From the NCBI RefSeq assembly GCF_006345805.1, contig NC_043007.1, positions 38,812,001 through 38,876,000 on the forward strand: a stretch of 64,000 nt of DNA, written 5' to 3'. The stretch's first letter is position 1. Each line of letters starts with the position of its first letter. Source of the DNA: Octopus sinensis. Lineage: Eukaryota. The position numbers and the translations under genes are program-made. The notes under the pieces are model-generated. The model was not told the DNA's origin and searched no databases. It saw only the letters and a list, made by a program, of their open reading frames with translations. This document shows, piece by piece, positions 1 to 12,520 of the stretch.

Positions 1-47
<47 letters not shown>

Positions 48-60
48 CAATAATAATAAT

Positions 61-618
61 AACATGCCCTGAAGCAGTACCAGGCAGTGGCTTTCATGGT
101 TCTTGTCTTAACTGATTGAAAGTGTTATCATGTACATTGTTTTGTCTTGGTATAAAAGATGGGCTACAGCAAATATTCTGCTCAATACCACAGATTTGCT
201 TGTCAGTTGTTTGACCTTAACCAGTTGAGCATGTCCCTTAGTGGCTGACGATATGTGCATCTCTGATCACGAGCAGAAGTAGTGGGGGAGCATCATAGCC
301 ATGTGTTGAGAGGGATTCTTTGGTAGTTTGAATAATTCACCTCTGGAAACATGGTGTTTCGTTCAGCATTCTTAAACAACCCTTATTCAGAGACCTTTTG
401 AGCGGGATGGTCTACTCGATCTGAAGAAAATTCTAACTGGGCCCCACCTGCAAGGTCATGTGCTGTTTATCTTGATATGAGATCACCATGTCGCGCACAT
501 GTGGTAGTGATGCATGTGCCTAGTGTACCCTTATCAGACGGGTAGTCATGATGGGCATATTGGGCTTCGTATATTTTACCCCAGTGTCACTTTGATGGCA
601 TGCACTGCTCTCTCATTC

Positions 619-620
<2 letters not shown>
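61..620. mobile_element. Interspersed repeat flanked on both sides by (AAT)n
   Basis: Long (AAT)n tracts at 1-60 and 618-675; shares TGCCTAGTGTACC with the (ATT)n-flanked segment near 58025. Confidence 0.45.
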
Positions 621-664
<44 letters not shown>

Positions 665-1139
665 TAATAATAATAGGGAAAAATTCAATTTAGTAATACT
701 AAATCAAATTTCAGAATATATAATACATATATATAAATTAAAGAAGCACCAAGTGTAGTCTATTTACTAATTATATACTATTTATTTATTATTTAGTACT
801 TTATTTAGTTCTAGGTAAATGTTTTATCGTATCTTTAATTTTTTTCTATATGGTATGATTTAAGTATATCATTGTTGAATTGCTTCATGGTGGTTCTTCT
901 CTAGTTTATATACATACACACACACACACAAACATACACATATGTACATACATACATAATTATACTACATACATATAAGTGCATGTATATTATATATGTG
1001 TGTGCGTGTGTGTGTATGTGTTTATATATATATACACACACACACACACAACCTTAAAGCACACTCACAGATACACACAAACACAAATTCGTACACTCAT
1101 ACATATATACACACATAAACTCATACATACACTCACAGA

Positions 1140-1204
<65 letters not shown>

Positions 1205-1683
1205 CATGTGTGTGTTTTAAGCTGTGCGTTTTATGCATGTCTGTGTTTATTCTTCCCTGCCAGATGTAGGTTGAAGACGGTTTGTAAATAATTACTTCAT
1301 CTCTCTCTCTCTCTCTCTCATATTCCCCAATTCTTGTCTTCTCTTTATATCATCTCATCTTATGTTTTATTTCTTCGCCTTTGCGACTGTCTTCAAAACA
1401 TTCTTTCAGATCTATCTGGTTCAGCCACCCACCGTACGTACATCTCATCGTGCTTTGCTTAACCCAGTTCTACTCTGGTTATCCACCAGCCCCAGCCCCC
1501 TCCTCCCTCCCCTCCCCACCCCACACATCCCCATCCCCCATCCCCCTCCTCCTCCTCCATCCTTAACTCTACAAACCCACCTTCCTACCTACCCACGTCA
1601 ACCCCATCAACGAGGCTACTAGTTTCGTTCCGTTCGGCTCTCCATCACCCCTCCTTCCCGCGCGCCCGCACCCCGTTCATTTT

Positions 1684-1745
1684 CATCACATGTGTTTCCT
1701 GCCGTGTTAGTTATTACAACAGAGCTGTGTGTTCTCCTCAGAACG
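1684..1745 (-). ncRNA. Decayed hammerhead motif
   Basis: CUGAGGA...GAAACACAUGU-GAUGAAA; downstream tail resembles the 29420 copy (GAAACACGUGUAGAUGAAA); stem II unpaired. Confidence 0.35.
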
Positions 1746-2520
1746 TGTTTAACGATAACCCTCCTCCACTCCACCTGCCTTACTCCAAATTAAGTCATCC
1801 CTCACCCGCCATTGCCTTCTAACCTCCATTACATATCACAGTCCTAAATCTCACCACCAGCTCTTTACTTGCTGGCCGAAACGATTCACTTGCGTTTCTT
1901 GCACTCAAGTTCATTTTTTTTTCTTCTCATTTCTTATCAGTCTAACACCACCAAATAAAATATGTTTGTTCCTTTGTCTATCTGTCTAGCTATCTGTCTG
2001 TCTGTCTCCATCTCTCTCTCTCTCTACTCTCTCTCTCTCCTTCCAGTATAACTAACTTTCTATGTCTCTCTTTTTAACTCGACTGTTTAGCTTCGTTTTC
2101 CATTTTCCTTTTGCTTTCTTTTGCTTTCTTTCTCACTCAAAATATCACCTTCTCTTTCTCCTTCTCCATCCCAGTCTCTTCCTTTCATTCTCTCTCCCTC
2201 TCCATCCCTTATCCCTCTCGTCATCCCTATCTGTCTACTTGTGTGTGTCACAGAATATTATCGTCTGCTTTTGCATGTGATCTGCTTTTCACTGCATCTC
2301 TCTTTCGGTCTCTTCGTTGTTTTTCCTCTCTCATCTTCTTTGACTACCGTTTACCTTTCTCTTTGTCTACTCCTTCTGTATCTAACTCCTCACTTTCTCC
2401 ATCTCTCTGTCTCTCTCTGCCCTTCTCTCACTTTCTCTTTATATACATATACACACATACCCACACACACGCGCACTCACACACATACATACATACATAC
2501 ATACATACATACATACATAC

Positions 2521-2551
<31 letters not shown>

Positions 2552-3179
2552 CATACATACATACATACATGCATACGTACATACATACATACATACGTAC
2601 ATACGTACAGACGTACATACGTACAGACGTACATACGTACAGACGTACAGACGTACAGACGTACAGACGTACGTACATACGTACATACGTACCAATCTTT
2701 GTTGAAAATAGTTTCATTCAGCCATGTTTGGCATGCAAATCTGGCAGAACTTCCTACTTACGGTTTCTGTCCGTGGTCTTGTCTCCTTGATGAACGGCTT
2801 CCTGTTAAGTCGCACCACCACTTCCTGTGTTGAAGATAGACACCCTGGCACACACACATACACACACACACACACACACACTTTTACGTCAGGTATGACT
2901 CAATGTTGAAGTTTATTTAACTCATTTCCTCCTATACACCAGCAGTTTGCATGTCACCTCCAACAACGTTTGCTCACATGCAGATAAAACCACTCTTCAT
3001 ACTTCCTTAGTCGTTTACACATAATCGCCATCCATATACTGTACATCCTAGACACCTCACATCAAAGTTACACCTACTCCAAGTACAGTTAGCTGATAGA
3101 AATAGCTTGAAATATTACTCAAATCATCGGAACAGATGATATAGTCCTCGACATAGTATCTAAATAAAAAAAAAAAGAA

Positions 3180-3545
3180 GGCGCAGGAGTGGCTATGTGG
3201 TAAGTAGCTTGTTTACCAATCACATGGTTCCGGGTTCAGTCCCACTGCGTGGCATCTTGGGCAAGTGTCTTCTGCTATAGCCCCGGGCCGACCAATGCCT
3301 TGTGAGTGGATTTGGTAGACGGAAACTGAAAGAAGCCTGTCGTATATATGTATATGTATATATATATATATGTGTGTGTGTTTGTGTGCTGGTGTGTTTA
3401 CATCCCCGTCACTTAGCGGTTCGGCAAAAAGAGACCGATAGAATAAGTACTGGGCTTACAAAGAATAAGTCCCGGGGTCGATTTGCTCGACTAAAGGCGG
3501 TGCTCCAGCATGGCCGCAGTCAAATGACTGAAACAAGTAAAAGAA
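3180..3545 (+). mobile_element. SINE family A (tRNA-like head, CORE-like segment, internal microsatellite, 3' body)
   Basis: A-box TGGCTATGTGG and B-box GGTTCAGTCC; consensus repeated more than 12 times in the window. Confidence 0.85.
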
Positions 3546-3616
3546 AAAGAAAAGAAAAATCATCGGAACAGATGATATAGTCCTCGACATAGTATCTAAA
3601 TAAAAAAAAAAAAAGA

Positions 3617-4015
3617 GGGCGCAGGAGTGGCTATGTGGTAAGTAGCTTGTTTACCAATCACATGGTTCAGGGTTCAGTCCCACTGCGTGGCATCTTGGGC
3701 AAGTGTCTTCTGCTATAGCCCCGGGCCGACCAATGCCTTGTGAGTGGATTTGGTAGACGGAAACTGAAAGAAGCCTGTCGTATATATGTATATATATATG
3801 TATGTGTGTGTATGTTTGTGTGTCTGTGTTTGTCCCCCTAGCATTGCTTGACAACCGATGCTGGTGTGTTTACATCCCCGTCACTTAGCGGTTCGGCAAA
3901 AGAGACCGATAGAATAAGTACTGGGCTTACAAAAAATAAGTCCCGGAATCGATTTGCTCGACTAAAGGCGGTGCTCCAGCATGGCCGCAGTCAAATGACT
4001 GAAACAAGTAAAAGA
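3617..4015 (+). mobile_element. SINE family A
   Basis: Full-length copy, tandem with 3180. Confidence 0.85.
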
Positions 4016-4290
4016 GAGAGAGAGAGTAAGAGTAAGGAAAAATGATGGTATGGTCACATCTAGAATGCTGTCGATCTTACGTCTGCTTGATCGAGAATAG
4101 CCTGGGGTTGAATAGCAACAGCAACAAGAGCCTAAGTGCTATGCCGGCTACACTTAAAGAAGTGACACTCAACAAGACACTCGTGATTATTTATTTTGCT
4201 TTTTTAATTACTGAACAAACGTCCACGATGAATCAACTCCGTAATAGGATATCTTTTCACAGCTAGAGGGACTGGACGAAATCTCTAAAC

Positions 4291-4633
4291 CAGCGATTCT
4301 CAATCGGAGTCCACATGGCTTCTGAGGGTCAATATAAGATTTGGTGGGGGGTTTCCACGCAACAAAATAGTAAATTGGGGATCCACAATAATATTTTAAG
4401 AGTCCCCTGAAAAATTTTACTTTAGATGTATGTATTGCAAGAAACAACTAGATTTCTTTCTCTGCCATTTTACATATTTCGACCTACACAAATTAATTTG
4501 TGAAAAACAAAATAGGAATTTTGAAAGAAGTTTCTATAAAAATAGCTTTTAAGCACCAAATGGCTGTAGGGGTCCACCAGAGTAAAATAGTAATAAAAAA
4601 GGTCCTTAGTTAAAGAATGGTTGAGAACCCCTG
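4291..4633. mobile_element. hAT-type MITE
   Basis: TIRs CAGCGATTCTCAA / TTGAGAACCCCTG; 8-bp TSD CTCTAAAC / CTCCAAAC. Confidence 0.8.
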
Positions 4634-5749
4634 CTCCAAACCCTCAAGTTAGAAATCCGACAAACTTCCAACTAGATTAGCTACAACTGTTGAAGATGCA
4701 ACGTGCTGCAGTTGTCTTATTAGTGTAAGCAATTGAAACTGGAATGTAGCGTTCCGTGTGACCTCCATATCAAATAATCAACTTCCTGTTATTCATTCGA
4801 TTATTTCCTCGTAGCTGAAAGCAACAGAGTAGGCAGAAATGGTTATATAACCCTATTCAAAAGCTCTAATAAAGTCCACACTTGAGAACTTCTCCATAGA
4901 CTCGAGTAATACTCAAGTGTGTGCTCTGCTGTTGCTTCACACTAACATTCTAGACAGTAGCGTCCTCTTGGGATCATTGTGAGTTCACAAAGGAGCTGCA
5001 AATGTCAAGGAGACATTATGGGGTGGTGGTGCTAGGTGTTTATTTTAGAAATAAAACATTTAAATCATGGAAAATAATTATATTTTAAACAAAATTTAAC
5101 GAAAAATATTTGCTGGGATTAGTACATGTATAGAAAACACAATGCTTTGATTAAGCTAAAACATTGCTAATGATGCACAAAGTTACAAAATAAATTACAG
5201 TTTATAAGTCCTTGCCTCCTTTTGTAATTTCCATAAAATAATTTACCATAACAGGCTCTTATGCACAGAAAATTCATAGTGCGGGATAGTGTACGAAAAT
5301 ATGGAAGATAGAAACACTACTTACAATAAGTTACTGCTCAATTGAAATAATCTCTCTCTCTCACTCTTTTGTGAAACATGAAATGATATAATCCAGAGAC
5401 GCCATCTGCATGAACTAGCATGAATATGGCCCCTTGTGGGCGGGCAATAAAGAAATTGAACTAGCATGAATTAACATATTTAAAGCAGAGAGATTGGAAA
5501 AGGCATATACAGTAAACTTGCTAAATAATGGTAAGCTCAAGATATCAAGATGACGTCATTGTGAATTTTCTGTTGTATAGGATGTCGTTCTATTAATATT
5601 TATATTAGATAATACAGTAAAATGAATACCATTTTATTAGGTTCACAATACGCAATAAACAATTACGATAAGAAAAAAAAAGAATCCTTATAAACTTAAA
5701 GGAAATTTTCACGATCTAGATCTCTAGCTATATAACAAACATATAATTA

Positions 5750-6152
5750 CTAGCTGTATAGCCCGGCGTTGTTCGGGTTTGTTTTCTTTTCGATCTTTTA
5801 GAATTGGAATTTTTGAAAAGTAAAAATTTTGCATTATGTAGCTTGTTATTCTCTTTAAGTGAACATTTTGTGGTTGAAATAGACCGAAAAATGGCGACAC
5901 AGCAGTAAAAAAATCGTAAAAAATAGGGATTTTCATAGAAAAGAAGCACCTTTTAGATGTAAATAATTTTTGGTCATAACATGGTCCGATTTGAATTTTT
6001 TTTCTTCTACCGAATGAAGAGCAAGCCTTCTTCTATCATACTTTCAATTTTGGTCAACTTGTGCCGCAGGGTCTCGGAGGAGATAGTGTTAGTTGAAGGA
6101 TACCAAACCTGCCACACACACACACAGACAACTTCAGATTTATATATATAGA
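5750..6152 (-). mobile_element. Non-autonomous Helitron
   Basis: 5'-TC(TATATATA), 3' hairpin CCCGAACAACGCCGGG and CTAG, A/T insertion site. Confidence 0.75.
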
Positions 6153-6608
6153 TATAGTAATTGCACAATAAAGAAATAAACCAAATAGACATTAAAAGTT
6201 AAAAAGAACATAAACCAATATATAATTGGCAATGTTTCTCTATCTCTCTCTGTTTGTCCATCCTACTGAAAGGTGCATTAAAGGCAGATAACTACTTTGT
6301 ACTTCTACTATCTCTGTATTTCTTTAAAACACCGACAACTCGTTTAGTTAACTGAATGATGAGTAGAAACGTATATTATAAGTTTAACTGTTTGTCGAAA
6401 CCATAATGATATTCGTTCGACAGCTGATGCTGGGGTGTATACGATTGATGTACGTGTTTATTTGTGTGTGTTGTTATCTTAAATCCTTTTGTATCTATGT
6501 TCTCGTGGTTTTGGAGTTGTCCTTCATTGAGATTCTAATTCAAGTAAAGGATTTCAAAGGTCATGGACGTTTTGTTGCAGCTGATGACGGAAACATATAT
6601 TTGATATA

Positions 6609-7174
6609 TTGGGTTGTCCGGAAAGTTCATGCCGATTTATAGTAGCTTATCTTTCAACTTATTTTAGAACATGGTTGAGTCCATAAAATAGGATTTGACT
6701 ACACCTCCGTTTAGAGCACAGTTTAAGCTATCTTTTCGTGGAAGAAGGTTTATGTTCCTATAACCTGTGTTAATTTTGTAATCCTTTAAAATGGAAGATA
6801 AGAAAGTTCATTTTCGGCACTTGATGCTTTGGGAACCAGACAAAAATTGCTGCAGCTCGGCTGGGATGTGTTACACCACCCTCCATATTCACCAGATATT
6901 GCTCCTTCGGATTTCCACTTATTCAGGTCTCTGAAGAATAGTCTTAATGGTAAAAATTTCAATTCCTTGGATGACGTAAAAAGATACCTTAATGAATTCT
7001 TTGACATGAAACCACCTCAATTCTGGGAATAGGGTATTTTCAAGTTAAAGGAAAGCTGGAAACGCATTGTGCAACAAAATTGTTCATATCTGGTTGATTA
7101 AAAATGTAATGGCAAGTATTTATTGACCTTTTTCTTTCCTTTAAAAATCGGCACGAACTTTCCGGACAACCCAA
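6609..7174 (+). mobile_element. Internally deleted mariner
   Basis: 30-bp TIRs TTGGGTTGTCCGGAAAGTTC..., TA TSD; MEDKKVHFRHLML fused to ...HPPYSPDIAPSDFHLFRSL... Confidence 0.92.
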
Positions 7175-7689
7175 TACTTCCAGTTTAAGGATCTTGTGGT
7201 TTCGTTGTTCTGAGTGTCCTTTATTCTCATAAGATTGAACTTGGCAAAGGGCTCTTGGTTTAAAGTGGTTTTGTTGCATATATAACAAATTTAGCTATTA
7301 AATGCCTTTTTTCTAATCATTCAACGCTTATTTTGTACGTCATAATTGTGCCCAAAGTTTAGGTTGTTAGCTGTATAAATTCAACATGTCAAGCAGTAGA
7401 ATGAGTTTGTGTGTGAATAGTTTGTTCGTGAATGTAGTTTATTAAAGTTTATTCAGTATTGGTTTGTACTTTTCTATGAATATATTTTCTTCGTTTATCT
7501 CTGCTTGGTCTGTGGTATTGACAGAAGAAAGGTAAAGTGGAAAGACTTGGAACTTGGGAGACTTATTTTTGGTACATGTGTTTATGCGTCCCTTAAGTAG
7601 TATCTGCATCATACTGGGGTCTCGTATTCGTTGTCTGCGAATATTAAATCTCTCTCTTTCTCTGTAACGCGGAGTAGATGAAACAAAGG

Positions 7690-7960
7690 CGACTAAAGAA
7701 GGGGAATTTTCCTTGTATTGTATATCCTGTACTCCATTTTTTCGTTGTTTAAGAAAAATGTCAATTTCCTTGGTTTTGTGTTTATGCTTTCGTTTTTCAT
7801 TGTGTTCGACGTTTTTTTTTGTGTCCTGTACCCATATATGCATGTATATATACATATAGATGTAGGTATGTACATATATGTATGTATATATGCATATGTT
7901 TTATTTATTAATTTATTATATGACGGAACGCACGCATCCATTTCTAAGTAAGATTGTTCT
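7690..7960 (+). mobile_element. Interspersed repeat family (3 copies)
   Basis: Shared with 35035-35245 and 35800-36040 (GTCCTGTACTCATATATGC...TAAGTAAGATTGTTCT). Confidence 0.6.
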
Positions 7961-8001
7961 ATATACGTATATACATACACATACATACATACATACATAC
8001 A

Positions 8002-8032
<31 letters not shown>

Positions 8033-8604
8033 TTACATACATACATACATATTCATACACACACACACTTACACACATGAACTCACACACACATATATAT
8101 ATATTCACTCACTTAGATATGAACAGATCTTACACACAAGTAAACATATACATACATAGGACATATATGCAAGCACATCCAACTTATTCTCATTCCTATC
8201 AGTCTTTCTTCTATATATGTTAATCATTTATTTCTGTTGATAATGAAGCTGCCTGAAATGCTTGTCTGTTATTTTAGCTGTTAGTAATGCTGTAACTATT
8301 GTAGTTGTCTATGAGTGGCATCGCTGTCTGTCTCCCGCTTCCTTTCCCTCCCTCCCTCTCTCTTTCCTAGTCATTCTCTTTTAATCCTTAATGTCCTTGT
8401 CTGTTCTTATTGTACTTGATATCGTATATGCTGCCGTATATGATAATGAATGATGATGATGATGGATGCTGGTATGAGTAACGCTTGTCTCGGTTATTTA
8501 GAATACTGGTCTGGTTTAGTATTGTTATGTCTGGCTAAGATTACTGCTATTTTAATTACTAATTTCCATCACATTATGCTGGAACATCATCGTCATGCCA
8601 ATCT

Positions 8605-8882
8605 CTGCGTGGCTGTGAGGTAAGAAGCTTGCTTCCCAACCACATGGTTCCGGGTTCAGTCCCATTGCGTGGCACCCCGGGCAAGTGTCTTTTTCTATAG
8701 CCTCGGGCCGACCAAAGCCTTGTGAGTGGATTTGGTAGACGGAAACTGAAAGACGCCCATCAATCTCAAGATTAATCAGCCGAAATTGCGAGGATGATCC
8801 GGTTCTTGACTGAAGATTAGAGGCTTCGAATGACTCGTCCGTTTTCGTATCGTCTATTTGAATGTTTTGCGTTATATATATA

Positions 8883-8949
<67 letters not shown>

Positions 8950-9150
8950 TGTGTTTATGTTTGTCCCCCCACCATCGCTTGACAACCGATGTTGGTCTTT
9001 TTATGTCCCCGAAACTTAGCAGTTCGGCAAAAGTGGTCGATAGAATAATTACTAGGCTTACAAAGAATAAGTCCTGGAGTCGATTTGTTCGACTAAAGGC
9101 GGTGCTCCAACATGGTTGCAGTCAAATAACTGAAACGTGTAAAAGAGTAA
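8605..9150 (+). mobile_element. SINE family A with internal insertion
   Basis: Head, extra segment of about 110 bp, (TG)n, 3' body. Confidence 0.8.
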
Positions 9151-9203
<53 letters not shown>

Positions 9204-9834
9204 ATATGTGTGTGTGTGTGTGGTGTGTGTGTGGTGTGTGTGTGTGTGTGTATGTGTGTGTGTGTGTGTGTGGTGTGTGTGGTGTGTGTGTGTAACGATT
9301 GTTGTTAAGGTGTTGGTTGCCTGTATGCTAGATGGAAGAAGAATAGCGATCGAAGTTTTAAAGAAATATTTATTTACCGTTACTCTGTATATCCAAAACC
9401 ACGACGGGTTGATAATGTATAATTAATAAATGGAAAAGCATGCGAGGTAAAAAGAGTTAATTTCGGCCGGTATGTGTGTACACGATCTCATAGTAGTATA
9501 TATATAGAGAGATATGGTAATGTTACTGAGAAAAGAAAGTGAATTAATGAAAATGAGAGTTGTGGGACGAAACAACAGCTTCGTTGAAAGTTACCACAGT
9601 TGTCCCTTTGTACCTTTTCCTTAAGAGACGGCGTTTTGTTCAGCCGGTCGGCCAGACTCGGTTCTCACTAACTAATTTCTTTATTACCAATAAATGGCTT
9701 ACACAGAGGGGACAGCACATGGACAAAACAAAAAACATTTAAGGGCTGGGGTTATACATTAGTGACTTCGTCTAAAAATCGGGTATAATGAAATCGAATG
9801 AATTTACAAAGAACATTGAAATCGAAATTAATTA

Positions 9835-10520
9835 AAAATTAAATGATGATATATTTTTCGGGTTTGTGTTTGACCCGCCGGTTTTTTTTTCCTTTTTGTA
9901 ATAACTTTTTTTGTTGTTTTTTCTTCCGTTTTTTTCCTTCTTTCCGTTCAGACCGGCTATACTAGCGCGGCTCCATTTACTCCCAACTTCCTCTGCCATT
10001 CGCACATTTTCGGTCTCCGCGTGATCCATGCGCCTACGTCCCACAGGGACGTCAATTGTGGCAGGAAGAACTTGACATGCGGTGACCACACCCGTTCACC
10101 AGCCAGGTAGAGCCAGAGATGTCTCAGCTTCAGCGCATACATGCGCATCATCAGCCAAGGCATCCCTAATCCACCCTTTAACGGTTTCTGGCAGCAGATG
10201 GAGCGCCTCACAAGTGGTGGTTTCCCATTCCACAAGAAGCGGTAAAGGATCCGTTCCAGCTTGGTCAGCCACACACCGGAGCAAGGCACACGGTTAGGCG
10301 GTAGGTTATCAAAAGATGCTACAAACACCTGTGCAACCTCGGCCCTCTCTAGCAAGAATAGCGACCTCCCAGACCAGGTCTGGGTTATGGCCGTCACCTT
10401 GGCTGTGACCTCGCTCCAGTTTTTCTCCATCTGGAGATCTGGTCCAAACCAGACCTCTAGCAATTTAACCGGGCCCTCCGTCCAACGTCCCACGGTGCTG
10501 TTGGGAGGAATTGCCTTGCC
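9835..10520 (-). pseudogene. Tx1/L1-clade LINE ORF2 3' remnant
   Basis: ...FLWNGKPPLVRRSICCQKPLKGGLGMP..., typical post-RT region. Confidence 0.8.
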
Positions 10521-10831
10521 CTTATATATAATTATCGCAAGATCGCGAGAAAGAAAGACATACCGTTATCCAAACAGTTGATATTTTGGGAGGTCTAGTG
10601 TTCTGTCAATTTAACTCTCCACTGCATACGAAAGGTTAGCAGGAGTCAAGTGGCAAAGACATAAATCGGGTCAGGGAAGACATCTGTTGAATGTCACTTT
10701 TGTAAACTTAATATTTGTCTATGGGAAAAGTCCGTTGTACTGTTAAGTGAAAATTGGCAATTGAGGATCGAATCCACGCCATACCTGCATGATCCACTAC
10801 ACACACACACATATATATATATATTTGTATA

Positions 10832-11140
10832 AGGTGACCCAGTGGTTAGGGTATTCGGCTCACGATCGCAAGTACGTGAGTTCGATTCCTGGCGGTGTGT
10901 TGCGTCCTTGGGCAAGACACTTTATTTCACGTTGCTCGAGTACACTCAGCTGGCAAAAATGAGTTGTACCTATGAGTCAAAGGGCCAGCCTTGTCATATT
11001 CTGTGTCACGCCGAATCTCCCTGAGAACTACGAGTGTTTGTGGAGTGCTCACCCACTTACCCGTTAATTTCACGAGGGCTGTTCCGTTGATTGGATCAAC
11101 TGGAACACTCGTTGTCGTAACAGACGGAGTGCCAGTCAGT
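10832..11140 (+). mobile_element. SINE family B (tRNA head, GTCCTTGRGCAAGACACTT central domain)
   Basis: A/B boxes (B-box GAGTTCGATTCC); similar copies at 31122 and 39113. Confidence 0.8.
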
Positions 11141-11349
11141 CGTGTGTATGTATATATATATATATACAAAATTAGAAAATGGAGAAACATACTTAAATCA
11201 ATCAAACATCAACCATCAGATGATACCCAATCAATACTTTATTACACCATTACATAACAGCAAAGGCATTATACAAAATATATTGTAAATATAATTAGAC
11301 AAGGAAATAGAAATATAAAATATAAAATATAATATATAATTATATCATA

Positions 11350-11483
11350 TCTGACAGCTGTTTCGGCCGTAAGGACAAGTATGCCTCATTTAACCTATAA
11401 GCCATATAAGGCATATAAGCCATATAAGCCATATAAGGTATAAATGAGACATTAACAAGGATGTCCCACGGCCTCTTCAGAGA
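11350..11483 (-). ncRNA. Type I hammerhead ribozyme, canonical core, long stem II
   Basis: Minus strand: UCU-CUGAAGA-GGCCGU...ACGGCC-GAAA-CAGCUG-UC-AGA. Stem I UCU/AGA, palindromic stem III ACAGCUGU, GUC triplet. Confidence 0.85.
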
Positions 11484-11824
11484 ATTTAATTTATTATAAG
11501 TGTGAAAAAAATTTTTTTATACATATAAATATAAAAATATAAAATATAAAAAAACGTGTGCATAGACACTCATAATACTACACACATATATATACTCATT
11601 AATACAATAATACAAAATAAACAAAACAAAATATATCAATATATATTAACAAACACAGTTATTCTACATATTGGGCTTCTAGTTCCAAAACTAACCTACA
11701 GGAAAATATATGCACACTCACATTTAAATTTAAATCAGACATATACATAAAAAATAATAAAAAAACACACAGTTCAGTTCATAAAATTATAAACCTATAA
11801 AAGTCAATAAAAATTACTATTAAT

Positions 11825-11858
<34 letters not shown>

Positions 11859-11932
11859 TTAATAATAATAAATACAACCATGTCTGTACTAAGTACATCA
11901 ATCGGACATCTACATATCTATAAGTCTGATTC

Positions 11933-12130
11933 AGTTAATCCAAACATGAAAACACAAAGAGAAAACACAACAACGCGAGGACGTGGAACAAATATAGTAT
12001 TATTGGACGCTCAGGAAAGAAGGGAAGAAGGAGGGTTTAACGTTTCGAGCGGAGCTCATCGTCGGAAACATAGGAGAAGGAAAGATCCAGAGAAGGGAAG
12101 ACAGAGGGGAAAAAATCGCCAACGGTACAC
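11933..12130 (-). mobile_element. About 200-bp hammerhead-bearing non-autonomous element (Penelope-like/retrozyme-like)
   Basis: Near-identical copies at 33239-33440, 57290-57470 and a partial inverted copy at 33105-33199; most end at (TA)n. Confidence 0.6.
12035..12069 (-). ncRNA. Minimal hammerhead-like motif (U4C core variant, extra nt after A9)
   Basis: GUUU-CCGACGA-U-GAGC-UCC-GCUC-GAAA-CG-UU-AAAC; stems I and II pair. Confidence 0.55.
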
Positions 12131-12263
12131 ACACGATATATATATATCTATATATATATGTACAATAATCCCTCGACTAAGCCCCCCGCGATAGGTGAAA
12201 ATCCGCGAAGTAGAAACAGTACTGTATATTGTTTTTGTTATTTTCATAATTTGTATATATTCA

Positions 12264-12520
12264 TCTCTTATTATAAAAGGCAGATTTTATCTGCTCCCTT
12301 TGGGAGTTATACAAATCTACAATATAGGATTTCTTCAATTACAATTTACCTAGCAATTTTAAGAGTACAATGCATCGCGTCATGCCAGGTCCAGTTTTTA
12401 AAATTTTAACTCCAATTAAGCAAAATTTACAGAAAACTCACATTCTGGTGTGTGTGTCAAATGCTTTTCTTAGTCTGGTTTACACCACACGCAACGCAAC
12501 ACACACAGTGGGCAACGAAT
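12264..12520 (+). mobile_element. Interspersed repeat, Helitron-like 5' end
   Basis: Reverse-complement copies at 17110-17330 and 17400-17670. Confidence 0.5.

Noticed and set aside
3180-3250. tRNA genes at SINE heads
   Set aside because: A and B boxes are present but there is no full cloverleaf; always followed by a SINE body.
6578-6605. CTGATGA-CG-GAAAC hammerhead-like motif
   Set aside because: No stem II and no valid stem III or cleavage triplet.
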